Positions 24,969 through 33,264 of a stretch of DNA of 33,264 nt are shown piece by piece. Both the position numbers and the translations under genes were made by a program. Source of the DNA: Pirellulales bacterium (GTDB lineage Bacteria; Planctomycetota; Planctomycetia; Pirellulales; JAICIG01). Position 1 is the stretch's first letter. Each line of letters opens with the position of its first letter. The DNA lies in NCBI GenBank assembly GCA_035606815.1, contig DATNEC010000629.1, positions 1 through 33,264 on the forward strand, given 5' to 3'. The notes under the pieces are model-generated. The model was not told where the DNA came from. It saw only the letters and a list, made by a program, of their open reading frames with translations, and made no database searches.

Positions 24969-26999
24969 ATGGCCGTATCGCAATCTCCGCGTTTCGCATT
25001 GGGCGAAATTCTCGATAGCCGCGAAGCGGCGCTGTTCGACGTGCAAACCAGCGCCGCCGGCCCGAGCGGCTCGCTGCCGCTCTCCGCCGAAATGCTGCGA
25101 GACTGGCCCAGCGGCGATCTGTTCGGCCTGACGCAAAACGCCGGCATGGGCTGGCCGGTGCGCGAAATGCTGGGACCGCAGTTCGTGCTGCTCAGCACCC
25201 AAGGCGGCATCCGCGCCGAAGACGGCACGCCGATCGCTCTGGGCTATCACACCGGCCATTGGGAAGTCGGACTGCTGGTGCAGGCCGCGGCGCGCGTGCT
25301 CAAACAGGCCGGCGGAGTGCCGTTCGCCGCCTATTGCTCCGATCCGTGCGACGGCCGCACGCAGGGCACGACGGGCATGTTCGACAGCCTGCCGTATCGC
25401 AACGACGCCGCCACCATCTTCCGCCGCCAGATCCGCTCGCTGCCGACGCGGCAAGGCGTGCTGGGCGTGGCCACCTGCGACAAGGGGCTGCCCGCGATGA
25501 TGCTCGCGCTGGCCGGTTCGCGAGAGTTGCCTTGCGTGCTCGTGCCCGGCGGCGTCACGCTGCCGCCGAGCGAGGGCGAAGACGCCGGCAAAGTGCAATC
25601 GCTGGGCGCGCGGTTTTCGCTGGGCGAGGTCAGCCTGGAAGAAGCGGCCGAGCTGAGTTGCAAGGCCTGCGCTTCGCCGGGCGGCGGCTGCCAGTTCCTC
25701 GGCACGGCGGCGACGTCGCAAGTCGTCGGCGAAGCGCTCGGCATGTCGCTGGTCCACTCGGCGCTGGCCCCCTCGGGTCAGCCCATTTGGCTCGACGTCG
25801 CTCAGCGCAGCGCCAAGGCGCTGTGGTCGCTGCGCGAGCGCCGGATCAAGCTGGCCGATATTCTGACCGACGCGGCGATTCGCAACGCGATGGTCGTCCA
25901 CGCCGCGTTCGGCGGCTCGACGAACTTGCTGCTGCACGTGCCGGCGATCGCTTACGCCGCCGGTCTGCGGCGGCCGACGGTCGAAGACTGGACCGCGATC
26001 AATCGCAGCGTGCCGCGGTTGGTCGACGCGCTGCCCAACGGCCCGGTCGGCCATCCGACCGTGCAGGTGTTCATGGCCGGCGGCGTGCCCGAAGTGATGC
26101 TGCACCTGCGCGAACTGGGCCTGCTCGATCTCGACGTGCTCACCGTCGCGGGCGAAAAGCTCGGCGCCGTGCTCGACTGGTGGCGCGGTTCCGAGCGGCG
26201 CGAGCGCTTGCGGCAGACGCTTCGCGACCGCGACGGCATTGATCCCGACGACGTGATTCTCTCGCCCGAGCGAGCACGGGCCAAAGGACTGACCAGCACC
26301 GTCTGTTTCCCGCGCGGCAACCTGGCGCCGGAAGGTTCGGTGATCAAGAGCACGGCGATCGACGCCCGCGTGGTCGACGCCGACGGCATCTATCGCAAGA
26401 CAGGGCCGGCTCGCGTGTTCGTGCGCGAGAAGGACGCCATCGCGGCGATCAAAGGGCAGATCCGAGGACCAGGGGCGGCGGCGCCCATCCAGCCGGGCGA
26501 TATCGTCGTGCTCTGCTGCCGCGGGCCGATGGGGACGGGCATGGAGGAGATCTACCAAATCACTTCGGCCCTCAAACATCTCTCTTGGGGCCGCGAAGTG
26601 GCGGTCGTCACCGACGCGCGGTTTTCGGGCGTAAGCACCGGGGCGTGCATCGGCCACGTCGGTCCCGAGGCTTTGGCCGGCGGCCCGATCGGCAAGCTGC
26701 GCGACGGCGACCGGATTCAGATCGTCGTCGATCGCCGAGAGCTTGTCGGCAACGTCGATCTGATCGGCGACGCGAACGGCGAGTTCGGCGCCGAGGAGGG
26801 AACCCGCGTGCTGGCCGCTCGTCCGCCGCGCGACGATCTGGCGCCCGATCCGGCCTTGCCCGACGATACGCGGCTGTGGGCGGCCCTGCAAGCCGCCAGC
26901 GGCGGGGCCTGGGGCGGTTGCGTATATAACGTCGATCGGATCATTGACGCGCTGGCTGCCGGCGCCGAATCGAAAGTGCGACGCGCGCCATCGAACTGA
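24969..26999 (+). CDS. YjhG/YagF-family sugar-acid dehydratase (D-xylonate dehydratase-like, IlvD/Edd superfamily)
   Basis: Long blocks match my recollection of E. coli YjhG/YagF: [156 protein letters not shown]. The start is set at the second ATG (24969); the track ORF begins at 24927. Confidence 0.9.
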   Translation: MAVSQSPRFALGEILDSREAALFDVQTSAAGPSGSLPLSAEMLRDWPSGDLFGLTQNAGMGWPVREMLGPQFVLLSTQGGIRAEDGTPIALGYHTGHWEVGLLVQAAARVLKQAGGVPFAAYCSDPCDGRTQGTTGMFDSLPYRNDAATIFRRQIRSLPTRQGVLGVATCDKGLPAMMLALAGSRELPCVLVPGGVTLPPSEGEDAGKVQSLGARFSLGEVSLEEAAELSCKACASPGGGCQFLGTAATSQVVGEALGMSLVHSALAPSGQPIWLDVAQRSAKALWSLRERRIKLADILTDAAIRNAMVVHAAFGGSTNLLLHVPAIAYAAGLRRPTVEDWTAINRSVPRLVDALPNGPVGHPTVQVFMAGGVPEVMLHLRELGLLDLDVLTVAGEKLGAVLDWWRGSERRERLRQTLRDRDGIDPDDVILSPERARAKGLTSTVCFPRGNLAPEGSVIKSTAIDARVVDADGIYRKTGPARVFVREKDAIAAIKGQIRGPGAAAPIQPGDIVVLCCRGPMGTGMEEIYQITSALKHLSWGREVAVVTDARFSGVSTGACIGHVGPEALAGGPIGKLRDGDRIQIVVDRRELVGNVDLIGDANGEFGAEEGTRVLAARPPRDDLAPDPALPDDTRLWAALQAASGGAWGGCVYNVDRIIDALAAGAESKVRRAPSN

Positions 27000-27168
27000 C
27001 CGCGCTGGCCAAAAGGCCTGGTTTTCTCGCGCGGAACTCCAAACTGCTATCCGGCAAGCGTTTGCAAGCCTCATCTTTCGCTCGGGCACGCGGCTTGCTT
27101 CCTCTGATCCTGTAATGGGGCTTCAACATCCGGACAAAACAGCCGGGCGAAGCAGAGGAGGCGGAGCA

Positions 27169-27417
27169 ATGAGACGGCTTGCGATAATTGCTGCGACTGC
27201 GGGACTAGCGGGAATTCTGGCGACGCTGTCGGGATGCGCGATTTCGCGAAGTCCGACCGGCCTGGCGCTCAAAGCGGTCCCTTGGCATTTGCACGACGGC
27301 AGCTACCGCCCGTTCAACGACATCAATTCAGGCAGCTTGCCGCGGACTTACTTGAGCATCTACGGCGGCGACTACTATCAATCCAGCTTCGAGCGCGGCA
27401 ATTTGATGCGGTACTGA
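27169..27417 (+). CDS. small lipoprotein (82 aa)
   Basis: An internal ATG of track ORF 26944..27417, preceded by GAGGAGG. MRRLAIIAATAGLAGILATLSGC carries an L-S-G-C lipobox. Confidence 0.6.
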   Translation: MRRLAIIAATAGLAGILATLSGCAISRSPTGLALKAVPWHLHDGSYRPFNDINSGSLPRTYLSIYGGDYYQSSFERGNLMRY

Positions 27418-27448
27418 AAACACACTCGCCGCACCGGCCGCAAAGCGC

Positions 27449-28459
27449 TCAGTAATCCACCGCCGCGAATTGCCGCGAGGCGGCGACCCACAGCAGCAGC
27501 ATGAAGCCCAGCGATGCCGCGATCGATAGCAGCGGATGAAAGTCGCCGTGGCTTTGCACCGAGTGAAACGCGGCCAGTTGGCCGAACGAGTCGGCGGCGT
27601 CCAAGGCGTCGTAGAGCAGCACGCCCAGATCGGCGGGTTTTGGCAAGCACCAGTAGCCCGCTTCGACGAGTTGCACGGCCCGGCCAGCGATCGCGGCGTG
27701 CGTCGGTTCGTAACTTTCGGCCAACACGGCATGACGGCCGAAGTTCATTCCCCAGCAGACGCACCAGAACAAGATCGACCCGAAGACGCAGGCCACCGTG
27801 CTGCGCGTGCAAACGGCCAACAGCACCGAGAAGCTGAAAAAAATGGCGAAGTGCAACAGCAGCAGGGGGACCGTCCAGAAGTAGGCCAGCTCCCAGATTC
27901 CAGTCCGGCAGCCGAGCACCAGCCAGGTGCCGCCAACCAGAATCAGCGAATGAAACAGCACGAAGCTCAACACGCCCAGATATTTGCCCGCCAACAGCGT
28001 GCCGCGCGAAACGGGTTTGGCCAATAGCACCGAAACGCTGCGGCCGTCGAGAAAGCCGGGCAAGAAGCCGGCGGTCCAGACCAGCGTCAGCAACAGCCCC
28101 AACGTGTCGGCGACCCCGCCGGCCAGCACCAGTTCGACGAAATGCACGGCGTCGCGCGCGTCGCGGTCGAGCGGCAGCTTGATGGCCCCAAAGGCCAACG
28201 ACATTTCTCCGGCCACGATCGCCACGCCCGACGCCTTGGCCTTGGCCGCGTCCCTGGCGTCGGGATCGTTGCGAGGCAGAAAGTCGCGTCCGTCGCCCTG
28301 ATCGAGGGCGACGCTTCCGGAAACGTGCAGCGTCGCGCACACTGAAATGCACAACACGCTGATGCCCAACAGCAGCCAGAAGATGCCATAAGCCAGCGAT
28401 TGGCGGAACGTATCGCGAACGAGCCAGCCGAGCGTGCGAAAAGTTTCGGAAAGCGTCAT
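27449..28459 (-). CDS. ABC-2 type transporter permease (336 aa) with a large loop after TM1
   Basis: This is the C-terminal part of track ORF 27449..29428, starting at MTLSETFRTLGWLVRDTF. About six TM segments. ATG (28459..28457) overlaps the ATPase stop (28458..28456) as ATGA. Confidence 0.8.
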   Translation of the reverse strand: MTLSETFRTLGWLVRDTFRQSLAYGIFWLLLGISVLCISVCATLHVSGSVALDQGDGRDFLPRNDPDARDAAKAKASGVAIVAGEMSLAFGAIKLPLDRDARDAVHFVELVLAGGVADTLGLLLTLVWTAGFLPGFLDGRSVSVLLAKPVSRGTLLAGKYLGVLSFVLFHSLILVGGTWLVLGCRTGIWELAYFWTVPLLLLHFAIFFSFSVLLAVCTRSTVACVFGSILFWCVCWGMNFGRHAVLAESYEPTHAAIAGRAVQLVEAGYWCLPKPADLGVLLYDALDAADSFGQLAAFHSVQSHGDFHPLLSIAASLGFMLLLWVAASRQFAAVDY

Positions 28460-29220
28460 GGACAAGCGACCTCGTACAGCGATTCCAGGGCCTGCTCCAG
28501 CGGACGCTTGGCGCCGCGGGCGGCGTCCCAAGTCAATTCGGCGAGCGGCCCCAAGTAGGCCAGCCGCCCCTCGCGCATCACGGCGACGCGATCGCAAAGC
28601 TGCTCGACGTCGCCCAGCGCGTGCGAAACCAGAATCACGCTCTTGCCGCGCTGGCGCTGCTCGCGGACCGCTTCGTACACCAGTCGTCGCGCCAAGAGAT
28701 CCATGCCCTCGGTCGGTTCGTCGAAGACCAACACGTCGGGTTCGTTGAGAAGCGCCTGGGCCAGCGCCAGCCGCTGCAACATGCCTTTGCTGAAGCGGCC
28801 GATCGCTTCGCGGCTGCGGTCGGCCAGACCGACGCGCTCGAGCAGTTCGGCCGAGCGGCGGCGAATCGTGAGCGGCCGGACCCCGGCCAAGGCTCCGTAG
28901 TATTCGAGCAGGCCCCGGGCGGTCAGATAGCGAGGCAGCGATTGACTCTCGTGGATATAGCCGATGCGCGCCAGAGTGCGTCGGTCGTCCCAGGCGCGCC
29001 CCAGCCGGGTGATGCGGCCCGATGTCGGATGGCAGATGGTCAACAGCAACTTGACGAGCGTGCTCTTTCCGGCGCGGTTCGGGCCGAGCAAGCCGAAGAC
29101 CTCGCCCGCGGGAATAGCGAAGCTGACCTCCTCTACGGCGCGCACAGGCGCTCGTCCTGGCAGCCCACCGCCGTAGAGCTTGGAGACGTTCTCGAATTCC
29201 GCGATCTGGCTGGTGTTCAT
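28456..29220 (-). CDS. ABC transporter ATP-binding protein (ABC-2 subfamily)
   Basis: Walker A GPNRAGKST, signature FSKGMLQRLALAQAL, Walker B VLVFDEPTEGMD, H-loop VSHA. The start is set at MNTSQIAEFENVSKLYG (ATG 29220); ATG 29232 is an alternative. Confidence 0.9.
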   Translation of the reverse strand: MNTSQIAEFENVSKLYGGGLPGRAPVRAVEEVSFAIPAGEVFGLLGPNRAGKSTLVKLLLTICHPTSGRITRLGRAWDDRRTLARIGYIHESQSLPRYLTARGLLEYYGALAGVRPLTIRRRSAELLERVGLADRSREAIGRFSKGMLQRLALAQALLNEPDVLVFDEPTEGMDLLARRLVYEAVREQRQRGKSVILVSHALGDVEQLCDRVAVMREGRLAYLGPLAELTWDAARGAKRPLEQALESLYEVACP

Positions 29221-29652
29221 ATTTCGCCTCATCGGGAAAATAGGTCGCAAAAAGAGCCCGGGCAAACAAGGAAGCCGGCCCCGCCACCGACTGAAAGGAT
29301 TGTCGGTTAGCGACTTGCGTCGCGCAATCCCGCGCACCGTAGCTACCCTCTGCGGCTGGTTTCAGCGCCTTGGCGTCCCATCGAGGGCGAGAAGCGGCCA
29401 ATCCGGCGCTTGCCTTGGTGCCGCGCAAAGCCAGAGACCAATGGCTGCTTGTACTTCCGGCAAAACCGGCACAATCGTGCTTTTTTCACAACTGCCCCCC
29501 TAAACATCCTTGTTTTTCCAAAACTTCCCATTTACCATAAGCCCCGACCTATCGCTCCAAGTCCCCCAACGCATTTAATTTACCTGTGGCTAGGGCAGCC
29601 TCAGGTTGCGAATGGCCGCTAACCTCCCAGCAGCTTGAATAGGAACCCCACG

Positions 29653-32600
29653 ATGCGATTCCGACGACCGGATCGTTCGCGTGTGTCGCGCGATCAGAAA
29701 TCTCGCCGTTCTTCCGCTCTGTTTCGCGCCCGTTCATTCTTCACGGAACTAGCCTCTCCCGACCGGAGGCGATCGGCATTCGTCGAACCGCTCGAAGATC
29801 GCTCGATGCTGGCCGTGCTGCTGGTCGATCCGAGCCACTTCACCACGATCAGCGCGGCCATGGCGGCCGCCAATAACAATGACACGATTCAAGTCGCCGC
29901 GGGAACTTACAGCGAGACCGTCACCGTCGATAAGTCGGTGACGATCGAAGGGGCGCAATCCGGCGTCGATGCGCGCATTCGCAGCGGTGCGGAATCGATC
30001 GTGACGGGCGCCGGCAACGGCGGCAACACTCCGTTTGTCATCGGCGCCGACGACGTGACGATCGACGGTTTCACGGTCCAAGACGAGACGAATACGAACC
30101 ATTTCGGCGCCGGCATCTATATCCAGCCCGGCCATCACGGCACGCACGTCGTCAACGACATCGTGCAGAACAACCAGATCGGCTTGTTCTTGGCCAACGA
30201 CAGCGCGGCCGATCCGGTCGTCGTGCAGCACAACCTGTTCGCCAACAACAATCAGCCCGGACCCGGCTCGGGCGACGCCATCTACGCCGATCAGTTCACG
30301 GTCGGCGGCACGTTGACCACCGCATTGATCGACGGCAACGATTTCACGGGAAACAGCGACGCGGGCATCGACTTCTCCTCGACCGACGCGACCAAGCCGG
30401 CGACCGGCATTACGATCTCCAACAACGATTTCGACGCCAACGCGCGCGGGCTCGTCGCCTTCAACCTCACCAATTCGTCGATCACGTCCAACACCTTCCA
30501 GAATTCGACGAGCAGCGCGACGGCCGACATCCGCTTGTTCGAGGGCGTCGACAACCTCTCGATCACCAACAACCTGCTGGAAAACGGCGCCGGCAAGGCG
30601 CTCCGCGTCAGCAACATCGGCACCGGCTCGCCCGACGCCACGAACATCACCTTCAACGACAACTCCATCTCCGGTTACACGGGGCCGGCCAGCCTGTTCC
30701 AGGTCGACAACTATTCAGGCACGCTCGACGCCCGGCAGAACTGGTGGGGCACGAACAATTCCGGCACGATCAACGGCATGATTTCCAATCCCGCGATCGT
30801 CGCCTTCTCGCCCTATTTGGACAACGGATCGAACAGCGCGGCCGGCGCCGGTTTCCAAGGCGACTTGTCGCACCTCGACGTGACGAACAACGGCGCCTTG
30901 CTGGGCGGCGGGCGGATCGCCGCCGCGATCGCGGCGGCGCCCAACGGCGGCACGGTGTTCGTCGAAGCGGGCACGTACAACGAAAGTTCGATCGGCATCA
31001 ACAAGAGCATCACGCTCAAGGGCGCCAACGCGGGCATCCACCCCGCGATCGGCACAAGCGCGACGGCCACGCTCGGCACGCGCGGTCCGGAGACGATCTT
31101 GCAACTTGGCAGCTACGGACTGAATCCGGAAGCCGACAATATCACGATCGACGGCTTCACGATCACCAGCGTCCCGGCGGGCACGGGCAATGGCCTGATC
31201 GAGACCAACTCCAACGCCAGCAATTTCCACCTGACCAACAACATCTTCAGCGATCAGATTCAAGCCGTCACCGGCGCCACGGTGCTGTTCAACAGCGGAA
31301 TCCATACGGACATGCTGTTCGATTACAACTTGTTCCAGGACAAAGGCGATTCGACCCTGTACTTCGGCGGCGGTCCCGCGGGAACCTACGACCGGCTGCA
31401 TCTCGAATTCAACAAGTTCAACGGCGCCGGCAACGGCGTGTTCTGGGCCGGCAACCCGTTGGTCGATGGCGTGATTCAAGGCAACGAGTTCGACGGCACG
31501 ATCAGCGCCACTCCGGGCGTCGGCGGCCCCGCGCTGAACATCGGGCAAGGCGGCAACCTCGACATTCAAGACAACTGGTTCCACGATCTGAGTTACACCG
31601 CGATGCAGGTCGGCCTGATCGGCGGGCAGATCGTCGGCAATACCTTCGAGCGCATCAAAAACCCGACTGCTCTCAACGGCGCGGACATTCAGCTTTGGGG
31701 CGGCGAGTTCGGCACGGCCGTCTCGACCAACGTCACGATCTCCGGCAACCTGTTGAACTACAACGACGTCGTCGGCGCCGCCGGCCCCACGCACGGCATC
31801 CGCCTGCGCGGCCCCGACGTGCCGGCCGGCCCGTCGATCGACGCCTCGACGATCCACATCAACTCCAACTCGTTCGTCAACGGCGGCGCCCTCGGCACGG
31901 CCGATGCGATTTTGAACCAGGGCGACCCGACCAAGACGATCGACGGATCCGCCAACTGGTGGGGCACGAACGTCGCCGCGAGCATTCCCGGCATGGTTTC
32001 CGGTTCGGCGCTCGATTTCACGCCGTATCTCGACAACGGCGCCAACAGCGCGCCGACGATCCCCAGCACCGCCACGCTGCTTGGCTTTCAGGGCGATTTC
32101 TCGCTGCTCCATGTCTTGCCGCTAACTCAAAGCCCGCAAACCGGCGCGACGGGGCGCATCGGCGAAGCGGCCGGCTATTTGGCTTCAGGCGGCGTGATCG
32201 ACGTGGCCAACGGCACATACAACGAAACCGACTCGCTCGCCAAGAGCCTGACGCTCGACGGCAACAACTCCGTGCTGCAAGGGGCCGCGTCCGGCACGGG
32301 CCTGGCCATCACTGGATTGCCCGGCAGCATCTCCATCAACGATCTTTCAATCCAGAACTTCGTCAACGGCATCACCGCCACCGGCGGCGGAACCTTGAAC
32401 TTGACGGACGTGACGTTGACGGGCAACGCCAGCGGCGGCTCGATCGGCGGCGTGACGAACCTGAACGTCGTATCGACGGCAGCCGCCGCGCAGACCGTCA
32501 CGATCACCAGCAGCCCCGACGCTTACCAGTTCGCCGGCCAGAACGCCGTGGGCTTCGCCGGGACTTCGAACCTCTCGGTCAGCACCGGCGGCGGCGCCGA

Positions 32601-33264
32601 CACGTTCAACGTGGCGCCCAGCGCCACGACCAACATCTCGATCGACGGCGGAAATCCGACCTTGCCCACGCTGCCCGGCGACACGCTGACCGTCGATCTG
32701 GCGGGCGTCGCCAGTCCCGTTCAAACGCCCACTGGGCCAGGCGCGGGCGGCTGGACCTTCGGCAATCGGCACGCGATCACGTACAACAACATCGAGACGA
32801 CCGGCACGATCAACGGCACGGGCGCCCTGGTCTTCGACATGGGCTCGGGCTTCGCCAGCGGGACCGGGACCGACCATATCGAAGTGCAGCTCGACGCCAG
32901 CGGCACGTTGTTCGAAATCTTCGTCAATGGCGTGCTTGAACAAACGGCCACCTTCGCCAGTCTCACTTCGGTCGATATTCTCGGCACCAGCGCCAACGAC
33001 ACCTTGACCATTGACGCCAGCAACGGCAACCCGATTCCTTCCGGCGGATTGGACTTCGACGGCCAAGGCGGCGGCGCCACGCCGGGCGCCAACGGCTTGG
33101 TATTGGTCGGTGGAACCAGCAGCACGTATACCAGCGAAACTTACGCGCCGTCCGGCGCCAACTCGGGTTCGATCACGCTGGGGACGACGGGCGGCCCGGT
33201 GTCGATCGGCTATTCGCACCTCACGCCGATCCTCGACACATTCGCCGTCGCGACCACGTACAAC
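29653..33264 (+). CDS. giant secreted right-handed beta-helix repeat protein (NosD/pectate-lyase-like modules), 3'-truncated by the window edge
   Basis: Not in the ORF track. Frame 1 has a stop at 29620..29622 and none afterwards. I translated all 1204 codons from ATG 29653 by hand. N-terminus MRFRRPDRSRVS...RRRSAFVEPLEDRSMLAV. Three modules open with ..GTY(S/N)E...KS.T..G and are joined by NWWGTN...PYLDNG.NSA...GFQGD linkers. Confidence 0.85.
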   Translation, partial: MRFRRPDRSRVSRDQKSRRSSALFRARSFFTELASPDRRRSAFVEPLEDRSMLAVLLVDPSHFTTISAAMAAANNNDTIQVAAGTYSETVTVDKSVTIEGAQSGVDARIRSGAESIVTGAGNGGNTPFVIGADDVTIDGFTVQDETNTNHFGAGIYIQPGHHGTHVVNDIVQNNQIGLFLANDSAADPVVVQHNLFANNNQPGPGSGDAIYADQFTVGGTLTTALIDGNDFTGNSDAGIDFSSTDATKPATGITISNNDFDANARGLVAFNLTNSSITSNTFQNSTSSATADIRLFEGVDNLSITNNLLENGAGKALRVSNIGTGSPDATNITFNDNSISGYTGPASLFQVDNYSGTLDARQNWWGTNNSGTINGMISNPAIVAFSPYLDNGSNSAAGAGFQGDLSHLDVTNNGALLGGGRIAAAIAAAPNGGTVFVEAGTYNESSIGINKSITLKGANAGIHPAIGTSATATLGTRGPETILQLGSYGLNPEADNITIDGFTITSVPAGTGNGLIETNSNASNFHLTNNIFSDQIQAVTGATVLFNSGIHTDMLFDYNLFQDKGDSTLYFGGGPAGTYDRLHLEFNKFNGAGNGVFWAGNPLVDGVIQGNEFDGTISATPGVGGPALNIGQGGNLDIQDNWFHDLSYTAMQVGLIGGQIVGNTFERIKNPTALNGADIQLWGGEFGTAVSTNVTISGNLLNYNDVVGAAGPTHGIRLRGPDVPAGPSIDASTIHINSNSFVNGGALGTADAILNQGDPTKTIDGSANWWGTNVAASIPGMVSGSALDFTPYLDNGANSAPTIPSTATLLGFQGDFSLLHVLPLTQSPQTGATGRIGEAAGYLASGGVIDVANGTYNETDSLAKSLTLDGNNSVLQGAASGTGLAITGLPGSISINDLSIQNFVNGITATGGGTLNLTDVTLTGNASGGSIGGVTNLNVVSTAAAAQTVTITSSPDAYQFAGQNAVGFAGTSNLSVSTGGGADTFNVAPSATTNISIDGGNPTLPTLPGDTLTVDLAGVASPVQTPTGPGAGGWTFGNRHAITYNNIETTGTINGTGALVFDMGSGFASGTGTDHIEVQLDASGTLFEIFVNGVLEQTATFASLTSVDILGTSANDTLTIDASNGNPIPSGGLDFDGQGGGATPGANGLVLVGGTSSTYTSETYAPSGANSGSITLGTTGGPVSIGYSHLTPILDTFAVATTYN

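Noticed and set aside
27000-27034. CCGCGC...GGCC-AAAA-GGCC...GGTTTTCTC...GCGCGG structure after the dehydratase stop
   Set aside because: The inner stem is only 4 bp and the T-run lies inside the outer stem, making it an ambiguous terminator. Not reported as a feature.
24810-27089. 759-aa minus-strand ORF opposite the YjhG-like dehydratase
   Set aside because: The + frame matches a known enzyme family end to end. The minus ORF is a high-GC antisense artefact.
29510-29538. TTGTTT-17 nt-TACCAT promoter-like pair upstream of the giant gene, and a weak GCAC-AATC-GTGC-T6 hairpin at 29469..29486
   Set aside because: The hexamer matches are poor and the stem is only 4-5 bp, which is not distinguishable from chance in a locally AT-richer spacer.
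30715-33219. Listed ORFs 30744..32939 (+), 30715..32112 (-) and 32347..33219 (-)
   Set aside because: All are extremely Arg/Gly/Asp-rich off-frame or antisense readings of the beta-helix gene. Frame 1 gives a coherent repeat protein with no stops.
1-33264. Scan for tRNA, rRNA, tmRNA, RNase P, SRP RNA, CRISPR arrays, transposases, integrases and phage genes
   Set aside because: By eye I found no T-arm-like GGTTCGA(A/T)TCC motifs, no conserved rRNA, RNase P or SRP blocks, no regularly spaced direct repeats, and no recombinase-like ORFs. An Infernal/tRNAscan run would be the definitive check.

Overview
High-GC bacterial chromosomal window. Gene content and intergenic repeat families look planctomycete (Pirellulales-like): a DUF1501 protein, membrane proteins with an FSLRA-type hydrophobic motif, a J-like YHKWLGIP protein, and a giant beta-helix protein with an ..EPLEDRSMLA N-terminal motif. 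I support 25 CDS. Housekeeping genes: acyl-CoA carboxylase beta subunit, quinone oxidoreductase, a fused HemD-HemE, HemY, PyrE, a LysM/YkuD transpeptidase and a YjhG/YagF-type dehydratase. These are interspersed with two ABC-2 exporters, a Uma2 endonuclease and lineage-specific hypothetical proteins. I saw no rRNA, tRNA, CRISPR array, transposase or integrase. Main points: (1) the largest gene in the window (29653 to the right edge, at least 1204 codons, three tandem beta-helix modules) is missing from the supplied ORF track because it has no stop inside the window. It lies divergent to an ABC ATPase/ABC-2 permease pair and near a small lipoprotein, which loosely recalls NosD/F/Y/L. (2) HemD and HemE form one continuous reading frame. 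(3) One protein combines a J-like domain lacking HPD, a TM segment and a C-terminal domain resembling the eukaryotic F-box-associated (FBA) lectin domain; it is convergent with a polytopic LRR protein. (4) Four unrelated hairpin or inverted-repeat (REP/MITE-like) elements occupy intergenic spacers, one of them inside an ABC operon. (5) A 1-kb gene-free, structure-rich region lies at 938..2020. I did not find a cleanly delimited, demonstrably novel multi-gene system; the candidates are offered as hypotheses. Many long ORFs in the track are antisense or off-frame shadows typical of high-GC DNA and are rejected.
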